Source: Verrucomicrobiota bacterium
Lineage (GTDB): Bacteria > Verrucomicrobiota > Kiritimatiellia > CAIQIC01 > Lenti-01
DNA: 38,914 bases
NCBI GenBank assembly: GCA_031262805.1
Contig: JAISGX010000099.1
Coordinates: 1 to 38,914, forward strand
Direction of reading: 5' to 3'
This document shows, in pieces, positions 11,364-20,833 of the stretch. Made by a program: the position numbers and the translations under genes. The notes under the pieces were generated by a model, which saw nothing but the letters and a program-made list of their open reading frames with translations, did not search any database and was not told the origin of the DNA. Numbering within the stretch: the first letter of the stretch is position 1; every line of letters begins with the position of its first letter.

Positions 11364-11903
11364 ATGGCGAGGTCTTGTCCAATTCAAAGCCGGATTCTGG
11401 CGGCCGTGGCGGATGACTGCACCTTGGTGGCCGTGATCGGGCAAGGCTCCTTTCGGCTGGCCGCCGCCTTCAAGCAAGCCGCCGAAGCCGCACGACTGGC
11501 CGGAAGCCCGCTGATTGTGGTGGATATGGCCAAGTGCATTTCCATGGACAGCACCTTCATGGGCGCCTTGGCCGCGCTGGGCTTCGCCGTCCAGAAATCC
11601 AGCGATACCCGCCTTGTACTCATCAATGTCAGCCCCTCCGCCTACAATCTGCTCCATGGCCTTGGCATCAGCCGCATCCTGAAAACCTATTCCATCGGCG
11701 CCATTCCCGAAGGCATGGGTGATTTGACCCCTCTGGTGGACAATTTGAAGCCGGTGGAGTCTGCCCCCTGCTCCGCCTATGAAATGGCCGCATTGATGTT
11801 CGATGCCCATGAAACCCTGACCCGCGCCGATCCCGAAAATCTGCAGCGCTTCAAAGATGTCCTCGCCTTTCTGCAGGAGGACCTGCAACGCACGGAATCA
11901 TGA
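11364..11903 (+). CDS. STAS-domain protein (anti-sigma factor antagonist-like)
   Basis: VVDMAKCISMDSTFMGALA matches the STAS phospho-Ser motif (DST). GAGG RBS precedes the ATG at 11364. Confidence 0.9.
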   Translation: MARSCPIQSRILAAVADDCTLVAVIGQGSFRLAAAFKQAAEAARLAGSPLIVVDMAKCISMDSTFMGALAALGFAVQKSSDTRLVLINVSPSAYNLLHGLGISRILKTYSIGAIPEGMGDLTPLVDNLKPVESAPCSAYEMAALMFDAHETLTRADPENLQRFKDVLAFLQEDLQRTES

Positions 11904-11937
11904 CGGACGGCGCATGTGTGAACCTCTGGAGGACCCG

Positions 11938-12240
11938 ATGAAAAAATGGATGTGGCTTTCCACCCTTCTGCTCCTTTCCTGCCTTCTGTCCGGTTGCGCC
12001 ATGCTGGAAGGCCAAGACCTAGGCGACGCCACCTCGGACGCCAACATCACCGCCATCGCCAACAGCCGCCTGAATAGCGATGTCATGACCGCCAACGCCA
12101 TGCTCAGCGCCACCGTGGCGGATGGCTTGGCCATGCTGTACGGAACAGTCCCCGATGAAGCCACCCGCCAACGCGCCATCCAACTGCTGAAAGCCACACC
12201 CGGCGTGTTTGAGGTGCGGGACCGCACCCGGCGGTTCTGA
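11938..12240 (+). CDS. BON-domain lipoprotein
   Basis: LSGC lipobox; motif SDANIT...V.DG...L.G.V......RA.......PGV..V.D; GGAGG RBS. Confidence 0.88.
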   Translation: MKKWMWLSTLLLLSCLLSGCAMLEGQDLGDATSDANITAIANSRLNSDVMTANAMLSATVADGLAMLYGTVPDEATRQRAIQLLKATPGVFEVRDRTRRF

Positions 12241-12263
12241 TTCTCCCACCTTCGGATTCCCAC

Positions 12264-13454
12264 ATGCCCGTGCGGCGAAAACGCTCCGTCCAATACCAGC
12301 GGCGGTGCGCCGGATGGATCGTTTTCCTGCCCCTTCTCTGGATGCTCTCCGGATGCTCCACCGTTCCCAGATCGGATGCGTTCCGTACCCTCCGGCCTCT
12401 TCCCACCGCTCCCTCCGACCGCGCCGACCGCGCCGTTCTGTCGGCTTTTTTCACCGCCAGCGGCATCGCCCTCACTCCGGCGGAAGTGGACGAAATCATC
12501 CCCGCACGCTCCCCCTCCGGCCGTCTGGATCGAAACGCCCTCCGGCGCATCGCACGGCGGCACAACCGCCTCGTGTGGGTGCTCCAAGCGGATGAAACCC
12601 ATCTATGGGAAGAGTTGAAGCGCAACCACCCGCTGTTGCTCTATCTCCCCGCCCCCTCCCCGGGGCGGCAGACCGCCGCCCTGTCCATTCCCCTTTCCTG
12701 GGACCGCACAACCGGGCGCTTGACACTTCTCGACGGCAGCGGGGCAACATATGATTTGCCGGCCAGCGACTTTTTCGCCCGCCGGGAGGAATGGAAGCAC
12801 GCCGCCCTCCGCTTGGTCCCTCCACGGGAATTCGGCCGGATGAGACCGACCCTAGAGCAAAAACAGCTGATGGCCGATTTCTGGTATCACCAAGGGGCCT
12901 ACCGACGGGCCGCCGCTCTATATAAGCAAACAGAAGAAGAATCGGACTCATCCGCCGCCACGGTGGAGGCGCTGTGCGGACGTGGAAACAGCTTGGTCCA
13001 GCAGAAACGGTATACCGCTGCCATTGCCTTGTTCCGCCAGGCGCTGGCGCTTGAACCGGACAATGCCGACGTGCTCAACAACCTGGCCTACGCCCTGTTG
13101 TGCGGCAACGGCGGACTGATGGAAGCCCTCCGGTATTCCACACGGGCCGTGGAACAAGCTCCCGGAAATCCCCTGTTCCTGGAAACCTTGGGAACCCTCC
13201 ACCTGCGCCTCGGCGATGGGGAAACCGCCGCCCGGCTGCTGGAACAGGCATGGGCGCGCGCCCTGCGGCATCCGGACAGCGTCCAGCGGGCCATCATGGA
13301 GCAACTCATCCGCGCCTGGTTCGCTGCCGGGCGAACCGATCTGGCGTGGCAGGTGGCGGACCACCGGCGCCGCACCCATCCCTCCCATCCCCTGCCCAAA
13401 GACATCGTGGCCTCTTTCCCCTCCCTTCGGAACCCACCCGCCCCTCTGGAGTGA
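12264..13454 (+). CDS. Lipoprotein with a degenerate peptidase C39-like N-domain and C-terminal TPRs
   Basis: LSGC lipobox; TPRs (RGNSLVQQKRYTAAIALFRQALALEPDNADVLNNLAY; LETLGTL). The N-domain resembles the C39/PA2778-type layout by eye. Confidence 0.75.
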   Translation: MPVRRKRSVQYQRRCAGWIVFLPLLWMLSGCSTVPRSDAFRTLRPLPTAPSDRADRAVLSAFFTASGIALTPAEVDEIIPARSPSGRLDRNALRRIARRHNRLVWVLQADETHLWEELKRNHPLLLYLPAPSPGRQTAALSIPLSWDRTTGRLTLLDGSGATYDLPASDFFARREEWKHAALRLVPPREFGRMRPTLEQKQLMADFWYHQGAYRRAAALYKQTEEESDSSAATVEALCGRGNSLVQQKRYTAAIALFRQALALEPDNADVLNNLAYALLCGNGGLMEALRYSTRAVEQAPGNPLFLETLGTLHLRLGDGETAARLLEQAWARALRHPDSVQRAIMEQLIRAWFAAGRTDLAWQVADHRRRTHPSHPLPKDIVASFPSLRNPPAPLE

Positions 13455-13480
13455 AAATAAATTTTTCGATAAGAAGGGGA

Positions 13481-13509
13481 TTGACAACCCAGGGGCCAAC
13501 GCCTATCCT
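13481..13509 (+). promoter_or_regulatory. Near-consensus sigma70 promoter with no downstream ORF
   Basis: TTGACA (13481-13486), 17-bp spacer, TATCCT (13504-13509). Confidence 0.65.
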
Positions 13510-13515
13510 TCGCCC

Positions 13516-13690
13516 CAGATGGTCGGGGATGGTTTCTCCCCCGGTAGATCTTTTTGAATAATTTTGTACATCTTGTTGCTAACCACGCAACAAGCAGACG
13601 GGATTAGGAGAGTCCCCCCATATCTCCCCCGTTTGCATCCTCCGTGCCAGGCTACCCCCCCCCGATAATGCCTGGCACGGACCTTTTTTA
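13516..13690 (+). ncRNA. Candidate structured small RNA (~175 nt), family unknown
   Basis: Lies between the promoter and an intrinsic terminator; four consecutive hairpins; no convincing ORF. Confidence 0.45.
13641..13690 (+). terminator. Rho-independent terminator
   Basis: Perfect 12-bp stem tccgtgccaggc (13641-13652) / gcctggcacgga (13670-13681) followed by cctttttta. Confidence 0.7.
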
Positions 13691-13774
13691 TCCACGACCT
13701 TCCACCACGCCCTCTTGACCGCCTTCGCGGCTCCACTCTGCGGGCTTCGGGGGGGGGCAACTTTAATTTTAACG

Positions 13775-13792
13775 GGGTCAAGATAACATAAG
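13775..13792 (+). repeat. 18-bp motif gggtcaagataacataag, copy 1 (XerD-arm-like on the minus strand)
   Basis: Identical to 38797-38814. Confidence 0.8.
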
Positions 13793-14046
13793 TGGGTTGT
13801 TTCGAAATAATTTCGGCAAAGTTTTATATGCGTTGCAATGGCGATGATTGAAGCGCCATTCGCATGGGCGAAGCGATTCTTATCTTGCCAAGGGAAATGC
13901 GTTGTTCGACTTCCGTGCGGCATTTCAAAGCAGCAAAGGCTCTTTAGCGTGGCTTCTGCTTAAAACCACATAATTTCGCTTAAAAACTGGATTCGTCCCG
14001 CGAGAAAAAGGTATATTTGCTTCTCTTACAGAAGGATGAACCGAAG

Positions 14047-15864
14047 ATGGACAACCAAATTCACAACCAAATCGTCAGCTTTATATGGGGCATTGCAGAT
14101 GACTGCCTAAGAGATGTTTATGTGCGCGGCAAATACCGCGATGTTATACTGCCCATGACGGTAATCCGCCGCCTTGATGCTGTTTTGGAAGGCACAAAGG
14201 AAGAGGTGTTAAAGACAAAAGCCATGCTGGACAAGGCTGGCATCGTCAGCCAGGCAGATAGCCTTTGCAAAGCGGCAAAGCAGTCCTTTTGCAACTGGTC
14301 GCCCTTCCGCTTAAAAGATTTAACAAGCCGCGCTAAGCTGCAACAGCTTCAGGCGGACTTCACCGTATACTTAGACGGCTTTTCGCCCAATGCGCAGGAG
14401 ATACTGACAAAGTTCAAATTCCGTGAGCAAATCCAGACCATGGTGGATGCGGATATTTTGGGCTTGGTGATAGAAAAGTTTGTGTCGCCCACCATCAATC
14501 TAAGCCCCTTCCCCGTGATAGACGGAAGCGGCAAGGTGAAGCTCCCCGCCCTTGACAACCACGCCATGGGAACGGTTTTTGAGGAGCTTATCCGCAAGTT
14601 TAATGAAGAAAACAACGAGGAGGCTGGCGAACACTTTACCCCGCGTGATGTAGTGGAGCTGATGGCAGACCTTGTGTTTGTGCCGGTCAAGGGCAAAATC
14701 TTAGACTCCACCTATTCCATCTATGACGGCGCAAGCGGCACGGGCGGTATGCTCACCGTGTCCGAACATCGCCTGCAAAGCCTTGCTCAAGAGGCGGGCA
14801 AAAAGGTCTCCGTCCACCTCTTTGGGCAGGAGATTAACCCCGAAACCTACGCCATCACCCGTGCCGATATGCTGATAAAGGGTGACGGCGCGGAAGCCGA
14901 GCATATTGCCTACGGCTCAACCCTTGGTAACGATGCCTTCCCGACCAAACAGTTTGACTTTATGCTGAGTAACCCGCCCTACGGCAAGTCGTGGAAAAAC
15001 GATGCCGAAAAGATGGGCGGCAAAAAGGGTATTTTAGACACCCGCTTTGTGACACAGTTTAGCGGCGACCCAGAGTTTGCCATGATACCAAGGAGTTCTG
15101 ACGGGCAGCTTTTGTTCCTCCTAAACAATGTGGCAAAGATGAAAGAGACCACCGAGCTTGGCAGCCGCATTGCCGAGGTGCACAACGGCTCCTCGCTGTT
15201 CACTGGGGATGCGGGGCAAGGCGAAAGCAATGCACGGCGATATCTTATCGAGCGTGACCTTGTGGAGGCGATAATCGCCTTGCCCAACAATATGTTTTAC
15301 AACACTGGGATAGGCACGTTTATATGGGTGCTTTCCAACCGCAAGGAGACGCGGCGCAAGGGCAAAATTCAACTAATTGATGCCACATCCCTCAAAAGCC
15401 CCCTCCGCAAAAACTTGGGGCAGAAGAACTGCGAGTTTACATCGGAGATAAGACAGCAGATACTTGACCTGTATCAGGACTTTGCAGAAAACGAATACAG
15501 CAAAATTTTTGCCAACACCGACTTTGGTTCTTACAAGGTCACCGTCATGCGCCCCGCAAAGGACGACAAGGGCAACCTCCTATGTGACAAAAAGGGCAAG
15601 CCCGTGGCAGATAAAGAGCTGACGGACACCGAAAATATCCCCCTCAACTACGCCGGCGGCATTGATGCCTTTATGGCGGCGGAGGTTCTCCCGTATGCCG
15701 AGGGTGCATGGGTAGACCATACCAAAACCAAAATCGGGTATGAAATCAGCTTCACCAAGTATTTTTACAAGCCCGTACAGCTTAGGGAAATGGCAGACAT
15801 CATTGCCGACATCCGCGCCTTAGAAAAGGAGACAGACGGCTTACTGGATGAGGTGCTTGGATGA
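14047..15864 (+). CDS. hsdM: Type I restriction-modification methyltransferase subunit M (N6-adenine)
   Basis: Motifs FIWGIADD.LR, GEHFTPRDVV, YDGASGTGGML, NPPYG, MFYNTGI. ATG at 14047. Confidence 0.97.
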   Translation: MDNQIHNQIVSFIWGIADDCLRDVYVRGKYRDVILPMTVIRRLDAVLEGTKEEVLKTKAMLDKAGIVSQADSLCKAAKQSFCNWSPFRLKDLTSRAKLQQLQADFTVYLDGFSPNAQEILTKFKFREQIQTMVDADILGLVIEKFVSPTINLSPFPVIDGSGKVKLPALDNHAMGTVFEELIRKFNEENNEEAGEHFTPRDVVELMADLVFVPVKGKILDSTYSIYDGASGTGGMLTVSEHRLQSLAQEAGKKVSVHLFGQEINPETYAITRADMLIKGDGAEAEHIAYGSTLGNDAFPTKQFDFMLSNPPYGKSWKNDAEKMGGKKGILDTRFVTQFSGDPEFAMIPRSSDGQLLFLLNNVAKMKETTELGSRIAEVHNGSSLFTGDAGQGESNARRYLIERDLVEAIIALPNNMFYNTGIGTFIWVLSNRKETRRKGKIQLIDATSLKSPLRKNLGQKNCEFTSEIRQQILDLYQDFAENEYSKIFANTDFGSYKVTVMRPAKDDKGNLLCDKKGKPVADKELTDTENIPLNYAGGIDAFMAAEVLPYAEGAWVDHTKTKIGYEISFTKYFYKPVQLREMADIIADIRALEKETDGLLDEVLG

Positions 15865-17738
15865 TTTGGTATGGAAAATTACCCGACAGATGGTCGGAAA
15901 AGAAAATTTCAGAAGTTTTTAGCGAACGTAAAATTAAGGTTTCGGACAAAGATTTTGCGGCATTATCTGTTAGCAAAGGCGGCATAGTGCCTCAAATTGC
16001 AACGGTTGCAAAATCAAATGACAGCGACAATCGCAAGAAGGTTTGCAAGGGTGACTTTGTCATTAACAGTCGCTCGGATAGACGCGGCTCAAGCGGCGTT
16101 TCCAATTACGATGGGTCGGTTTCCCTAATAAATATCGTTTTAACGCCAAGACACTACGAGAACGCAAGGTATTGGCACTATTTACTCAAAAGTCATTCTT
16201 TCATAGAAGAATATTATCGCAATGGACGTGGAATCGTTGCAGACCTTTGGACAACGCGATATTCAGAAATGAAAACTATTTATCTTCCCGTGCCGCCACG
16301 AGAGGAGCAAGACAAAATCGTGCGGTTTTTGGACTGGAAAGTTTCACAAATCAACAAGCTCATCAACGCCAAAAAGAAAGAGATTGCCCTCCTAAAAGAA
16401 CTACATCGTGCAGCAATCTCCGAAACTGTGAAAAATTGCAATGGTACTGTTGTTAGAATTGGTCGTGTTCTTAAAAAACTGAACCGTAGTTACAGCATTA
16501 ACGATGATGTCCTTATCTGCTCTAATAGTGGCGCTGTGTTCTTTAGGGGAAATAGAAAACTCGGTGTTATATCTGACAAAGAGGATATTTTCCAAGGTGT
16601 TGAAAATGGTGACCTTTTAATACACGGAATGGACACATGGCATGGTGCAATTGGCATCTCTGATTTTAGCGGAAAGTGTACAACAGTGGTTCATGTCTGT
16701 GATACCGAACAAGACAAGCGTTATATAAAATACTATTTGCAAATGCTTGCCTTTGCAAAACTTTATAAAGCTATATCCAATGGCGTTCGTCAAAACACAA
16801 GCGACTTTAGAAGTTGGCAAAAAGCAGGTTCAATAGAAATTGTTTTACCCTCAATTGACGACCAGAAAAACATAGCAGATTTCCTTGATAAAAAATGTGC
16901 AGAGTTTGAGAATGTTAAGATAAAGTTAGAAAAAGATATCTCGTTGTTATCCGAATACCGCACCCGCCTTATCTCTGATGTGGTGACGGGCAAGATGGAT
17001 GTGCGCGGCATTGCCGTGCCTGATTTTGATGCCGTGGGAGAAATGGCCGAAACCGAGGTAACGGATGAGGCGGACGAAGTGCTTGCGGTTGAAGAAAGCA
17101 GTTTGGATGTTGAAGAAGTTAAAGTTGTTGCCGCAAAAAAGCCAAAACAACAAAAGCATTCGTTCGGTTTTGAGGATGCGGTTGTTCTTGCCGTACTTGT
17201 AAAAGAGTTCGGCAGCAATGACCACCCATTTACCGCTTTTGACGGCCAAAAGTTTCCGTACCTTTTTCATCGCCATGTTGAGGGCGTTGCGAAAGGGTAT
17301 GAGAAGTTCGCGGCGGGACCATACAATAGGGCTCTGAAACATAAGACTGCCCAGCCGATAGCGATTAAGAAAAACTATATTCGTCGACATGTGGGAAAAT
17401 ATAGAGGATTTGTTGTGGACGCTAATATTTTGGAAGCTGAAACGTATTTTAATAAGTGGTTCGGCGCAGACACATTAAGGTGGATGGATCAATTTCGTTG
17501 CATTCCGAATCGGAAAGCTGAACTGGAGCTTTTAACAACCGTTGACATGGCTATGGTAGAACTGCGCAAAGCAAATAAGCCCATAACGGTTGCCAACGTC
17601 AAGAATGTAATTCAAAGCAACAAAGCGTGGAAAGCAAAACTCACTCGCCCTATATTCTCAGATGAAAATATCGACCGCGCAATCAAATGGAGTGAGCGCC
17701 TTTTCGGTACGGCTTCCAACCAGCCAAAGGAGGGCTAA
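15861..17738 (+). CDS. hsdS: Type I R-M specificity subunit S with an additional C-terminal domain
   Basis: Two TRD + conserved-helix units (PVPPREEQDKIVRFLD; LPSIDDQKNIADFLD...LISDVVTGK), then an acidic linker and ~190 extra aa. ATGA overlap with hsdM. Confidence 0.93.
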   Translation: MIWYGKLPDRWSEKKISEVFSERKIKVSDKDFAALSVSKGGIVPQIATVAKSNDSDNRKKVCKGDFVINSRSDRRGSSGVSNYDGSVSLINIVLTPRHYENARYWHYLLKSHSFIEEYYRNGRGIVADLWTTRYSEMKTIYLPVPPREEQDKIVRFLDWKVSQINKLINAKKKEIALLKELHRAAISETVKNCNGTVVRIGRVLKKLNRSYSINDDVLICSNSGAVFFRGNRKLGVISDKEDIFQGVENGDLLIHGMDTWHGAIGISDFSGKCTTVVHVCDTEQDKRYIKYYLQMLAFAKLYKAISNGVRQNTSDFRSWQKAGSIEIVLPSIDDQKNIADFLDKKCAEFENVKIKLEKDISLLSEYRTRLISDVVTGKMDVRGIAVPDFDAVGEMAETEVTDEADEVLAVEESSLDVEEVKVVAAKKPKQQKHSFGFEDAVVLAVLVKEFGSNDHPFTAFDGQKFPYLFHRHVEGVAKGYEKFAAGPYNRALKHKTAQPIAIKKNYIRRHVGKYRGFVVDANILEAETYFNKWFGADTLRWMDQFRCIPNRKAELELLTTVDMAMVELRKANKPITVANVKNVIQSNKAWKAKLTRPIFSDENIDRAIKWSERLFGTASNQPKEG

Positions 17739-17741
17739 CCT

Positions 17742-20696
17742 ATGCCGGCAAACACAAAGGAGTGGGGGCTGGAGAGCCTTATCGCGGGCTGGCTTGTTTC
17801 CGAAAACGGCTATGAGCAAGGGCAAAGCAGTGACTACAACAAAGAGTTTGCCTTAGATGAAACCCGCCTCTTTAGGTTTTTGCAAACCACACAGCCCAAG
17901 GCATTTGCCATGCTGGGCGTGACGGAAGCCGAAATCAAAAAGGAAAAGTTCCTTAGCTTTTTGCGCGGCGAGATTACCAAGCGCGGCATTATTGATGTCC
18001 TCCGCAAGGGCTTAAAGTGCTACCCCGTCAATGAAGTGATACTGTTTTATCAAACGCCCTCCGAAAAGAACGTGGCGGCAAAGGCGAATTTTGATAAGAA
18101 CATTTTCAGTGTGACACGCCAGCTGATGTATAGCAATGACAACACCAAGCTCGCACTTGACCTGTGCCTGTTTATCAACGGCTTGCCCATCATCACCGTA
18201 GAGCTGAAAAACCAGCTGACCAAGCAGGATGTGGACGATGCGGTGTACCAGTATCAAAACGACCGCGACCCGAGGGAGCTTTTATTCAACTTCAAGCGGT
18301 GTATGGTTCACTTTGCCGTGGATGACAGCAGTGTGATGTTCTGCACCAAGCTGGACGGCAAAAAGTCATGGTTTTTGCCCTTCAACAAGGGCTATGATGA
18401 CGGCGCGGGCAACCCGCCCAACCCGAACGGCTTAATGACGGATTACCTATGGCGGGAGACCTTCACCAAAACGGAGCTTGCCAACATCATCGAAAACTAC
18501 GCCCAAGTGGTGGAGGAGAAGGACGGGGACACCAAAAAGACAACCTACAAACAAATATTCCCCCGCTACCATCAGCTTGCAGTTGTCAAAGCCTTGCTTG
18601 CGGATGTAAAGGCAAACGGCATCGGCAAACGCTATCTCATACAGCACAGCGCGGGCAGCGGCAAGAGCAATTCCATAGCGTGGCTTGCGCACCAGCTTGT
18701 GGGCTTGGAGCGGGGTGGCAAAAACGTGGTGGATTCCGTCATTGTCGTCACCGACCGCGTCAACCTTGATAAGCAAATCAACAGCACCATCAAGCAGTTT
18801 ATGCAGGTCAAAAACACGGTGACCCATGCCGAAAAATCGGAGGATTTGCGCACCGCCATTGCCACGGGCAAAAAAATCATCATCACCACCGTGCATAAAT
18901 TCCCATTCATTTTGGATGCCATCGGCACGGAGCATAAGGGGCATCAATTTGCCATCATCATAGACGAGGCACACAGCAGTCAAAGCGGCAGTATGAGTGC
19001 CAAGATGAATATGGCACTCTCCGGCGAATACGACCCCGAGGGGCACGATGATGAGGACTTTATCAATATCCTCATTGAAAACCTCATAAAAACCCGCAAA
19101 ATGCTGCCTAACGCCAGCTATTTCGCCTTCACTGCCACACCCAAGCAAAGGACACTTCGGATGTTCGGGACGGCGGTAGTGCAACCAGACGGCGACAACA
19201 AATACTATCCCTTCCACGAGTACACGATGAAGCAAGCCATACAGGAGGGCTTTATACTGGACGTACTCAAAAACTATATGCCCGTACAGAGCTATTGGAA
19301 GTTGGTCAAAACCGTAACGGACGACCCCAAGTATGACAAGAAGAAGGCGCAGAAAAAACTGAAAAAGTTTGTGGAGCGTGACAATTATTCCATCTCGCAA
19401 AAGGCAGAAGTGATGGTGGAAAATTTCTACTCACAGGTGATTGCGCGGGGCAAAATCGGCGGCAAGGCAAAGGCGATGGTGGTGACGGGCGGCATTGAGC
19501 TTGCCATCGAATATTACTACGACATCTGCCGCTGCTTAGAGGCACGCAAAAGCCCCTACAAGGCAATCATCGCATTCTCGGGCGAGAAGGAATACCAAAA
19601 GAAAATGCTGACCGAAGCGGACATCAACGGCTTCCCCAGCAGTGCCATAGAAAAGGAATTCAAAAAGGACGAGTACCGCTTTTTGGTGGTGGCGGACAAG
19701 TTTCAGACAGGCTATGACGAGCCGCTGCTACACACCATGTATGTGGACAAAGCCCTCTATGACATCAAGGCTGTGCAAACGCTCTCCCGCCTCAACCGTG
19801 CGTATCCTGGCAAGCACGACACCTTTGTGTTGGACTTTTTCAACAAGCCAGAAGAGATTCAGGAGGCGTTTCAGACCTACTACCGCACCACTGCGCTTTC
19901 GGGTGACATCGACCCCAACAAGCTATACGAGCTGCTGTCTAAGATGGAACAGCTTGAAGTCTACGACATGAACCAAGTGAATGACTTTATCGCGCTGTAT
20001 CTTTCGGGCGCGGATAGGGACAAACTTGACCCCGTTTTGGATGTGTGTGTTGCCGACTATAAAAAGCTGGACGAGGACAAACAGGTGGAGTTTAAGGGCT
20101 CGGCAAAAGCCTTTGTGCGCACCTACAGTTTTTTAAGCGCGGTTTTGCCTTACGGCAATGCCGACTGGGAAAAGACATATATCTTTTTGAGCTTCTTAAT
20201 CCGCAAACTGCCGTCCCCCGTGGAGGAGGATTTGGCGCAGGGTATCCTTGATGCCATCGACCTGCAAAGCTACCGTTCGGAGGCTGGCACGGCGATTTCC
20301 ATTCAGCTTGAAGACAGCAATGCCGAGATAGACCCCGCAACGGTCGGCGGCGGCAAAAAGCCCGCAGAACCCGAAATGGACGTTTTATCAAGCATAATCA
20401 CATCGTTTAACGACCTATTTGGTAATATCGAGTGGAAAGACTCCGACAACGTGCGCCGTCAAATCACCGAAATCCCCGCTATGGTTTCCAAAGACGAGAC
20501 CTACCAAAACGCCATGAAAAACTCTGACAAGCAGAACGCCCGCATGGAAAGCGACCGTGTGCTTGCCGCCGTGATGGCGGGCTTAATGTCCGACAACATC
20601 GACCTCTATAAACTGTTTGTCGACAACCCCTCTTTCAAAAAATGGCTGTCCGACATGGTGTTTAACCAAACATATCAGCCCCCCCCACCGCCATGA
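17742..20696 (+). CDS. hsdR: Type I restriction enzyme subunit R
   Basis: Nuclease motif [17 protein letters not shown]; Walker A SAGSGKS; DEAH; FTATP; TGYDEP; QTLSRLNR. Confidence 0.97.
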   Translation: MPANTKEWGLESLIAGWLVSENGYEQGQSSDYNKEFALDETRLFRFLQTTQPKAFAMLGVTEAEIKKEKFLSFLRGEITKRGIIDVLRKGLKCYPVNEVILFYQTPSEKNVAAKANFDKNIFSVTRQLMYSNDNTKLALDLCLFINGLPIITVELKNQLTKQDVDDAVYQYQNDRDPRELLFNFKRCMVHFAVDDSSVMFCTKLDGKKSWFLPFNKGYDDGAGNPPNPNGLMTDYLWRETFTKTELANIIENYAQVVEEKDGDTKKTTYKQIFPRYHQLAVVKALLADVKANGIGKRYLIQHSAGSGKSNSIAWLAHQLVGLERGGKNVVDSVIVVTDRVNLDKQINSTIKQFMQVKNTVTHAEKSEDLRTAIATGKKIIITTVHKFPFILDAIGTEHKGHQFAIIIDEAHSSQSGSMSAKMNMALSGEYDPEGHDDEDFINILIENLIKTRKMLPNASYFAFTATPKQRTLRMFGTAVVQPDGDNKYYPFHEYTMKQAIQEGFILDVLKNYMPVQSYWKLVKTVTDDPKYDKKKAQKKLKKFVERDNYSISQKAEVMVENFYSQVIARGKIGGKAKAMVVTGGIELAIEYYYDICRCLEARKSPYKAIIAFSGEKEYQKKMLTEADINGFPSSAIEKEFKKDEYRFLVVADKFQTGYDEPLLHTMYVDKALYDIKAVQTLSRLNRAYPGKHDTFVLDFFNKPEEIQEAFQTYYRTTALSGDIDPNKLYELLSKMEQLEVYDMNQVNDFIALYLSGADRDKLDPVLDVCVADYKKLDEDKQVEFKGSAKAFVRTYSFLSAVLPYGNADWEKTYIFLSFLIRKLPSPVEEDLAQGILDAIDLQSYRSEAGTAISIQLEDSNAEIDPATVGGGKKPAEPEMDVLSSIITSFNDLFGNIEWKDSDNVRRQITEIPAMVSKDETYQNAMKNSDKQNARMESDRVLAAVMAGLMSDNIDLYKLFVDNPSFKKWLSDMVFNQTYQPPPPP

Positions 20697-20791
20697 ACTA
20701 CTACGGTTATAGATTCTACAACCCCGAACTCGGAAGATGGATCAACCGGGATCCGATTGAGGAAGGTGTAAAGTTGAAGCCGCCCAAGTAA
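20693..20791 (+). pseudogene. RHS repeat-associated core fragment (32-aa mini-ORF)
   Basis: Translates as [32 protein letters not shown], the RHS core signature YYGYRxYxPxxGRWxxRDP. The ATG overlaps the hsdR stop. Confidence 0.85.
20703..20788 (+). repeat. 86-bp perfect direct repeat, copy 1
   Basis: acggttatagattc...gaagccgcccaag is identical to 22283-22368 (offset 1580 bp). Confidence 0.97.
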
Positions 20792-20816
20792 GTTCCAGTT
20801 TCATATTCTTTGCCAT
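20781..20816 (-). pseudogene. 5' stub of a probable type III R-M Mod-like methyltransferase
   Basis: Directly after the fic stop: AAGGA RBS and ATG at 20816 giving [12 protein letters not shown], then the repeat. KLELTW matches the N-terminus common in Mod-type MTases (recalled from family knowledge). Confidence 0.55.
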
Positions 20817-20833
20817 TTATTCGTCCTTTTCTT

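Noticed and set aside
13488-13500. caggggcca resembling the tRNA 3' end as a possible att site
   Set aside because: Wrong orientation relative to the tRNA, short, mismatched and inside the promoter spacer; no true att duplication found.
13516-13690. 6S RNA, tmRNA, SRP or riboswitch identity for the candidate sRNA
   Set aside because: No end-to-end rod, tRNA-like ends or recognisable aptamer consensus by eye; the short ORFs (10-12 aa) lack an RBS.
15861-17010. Phase-variable (shufflon or SSR) hsdS
   Set aside because: Single hsdS, with no silent TRD copies, inverted repeats, recombinase or long simple-sequence tract seen.
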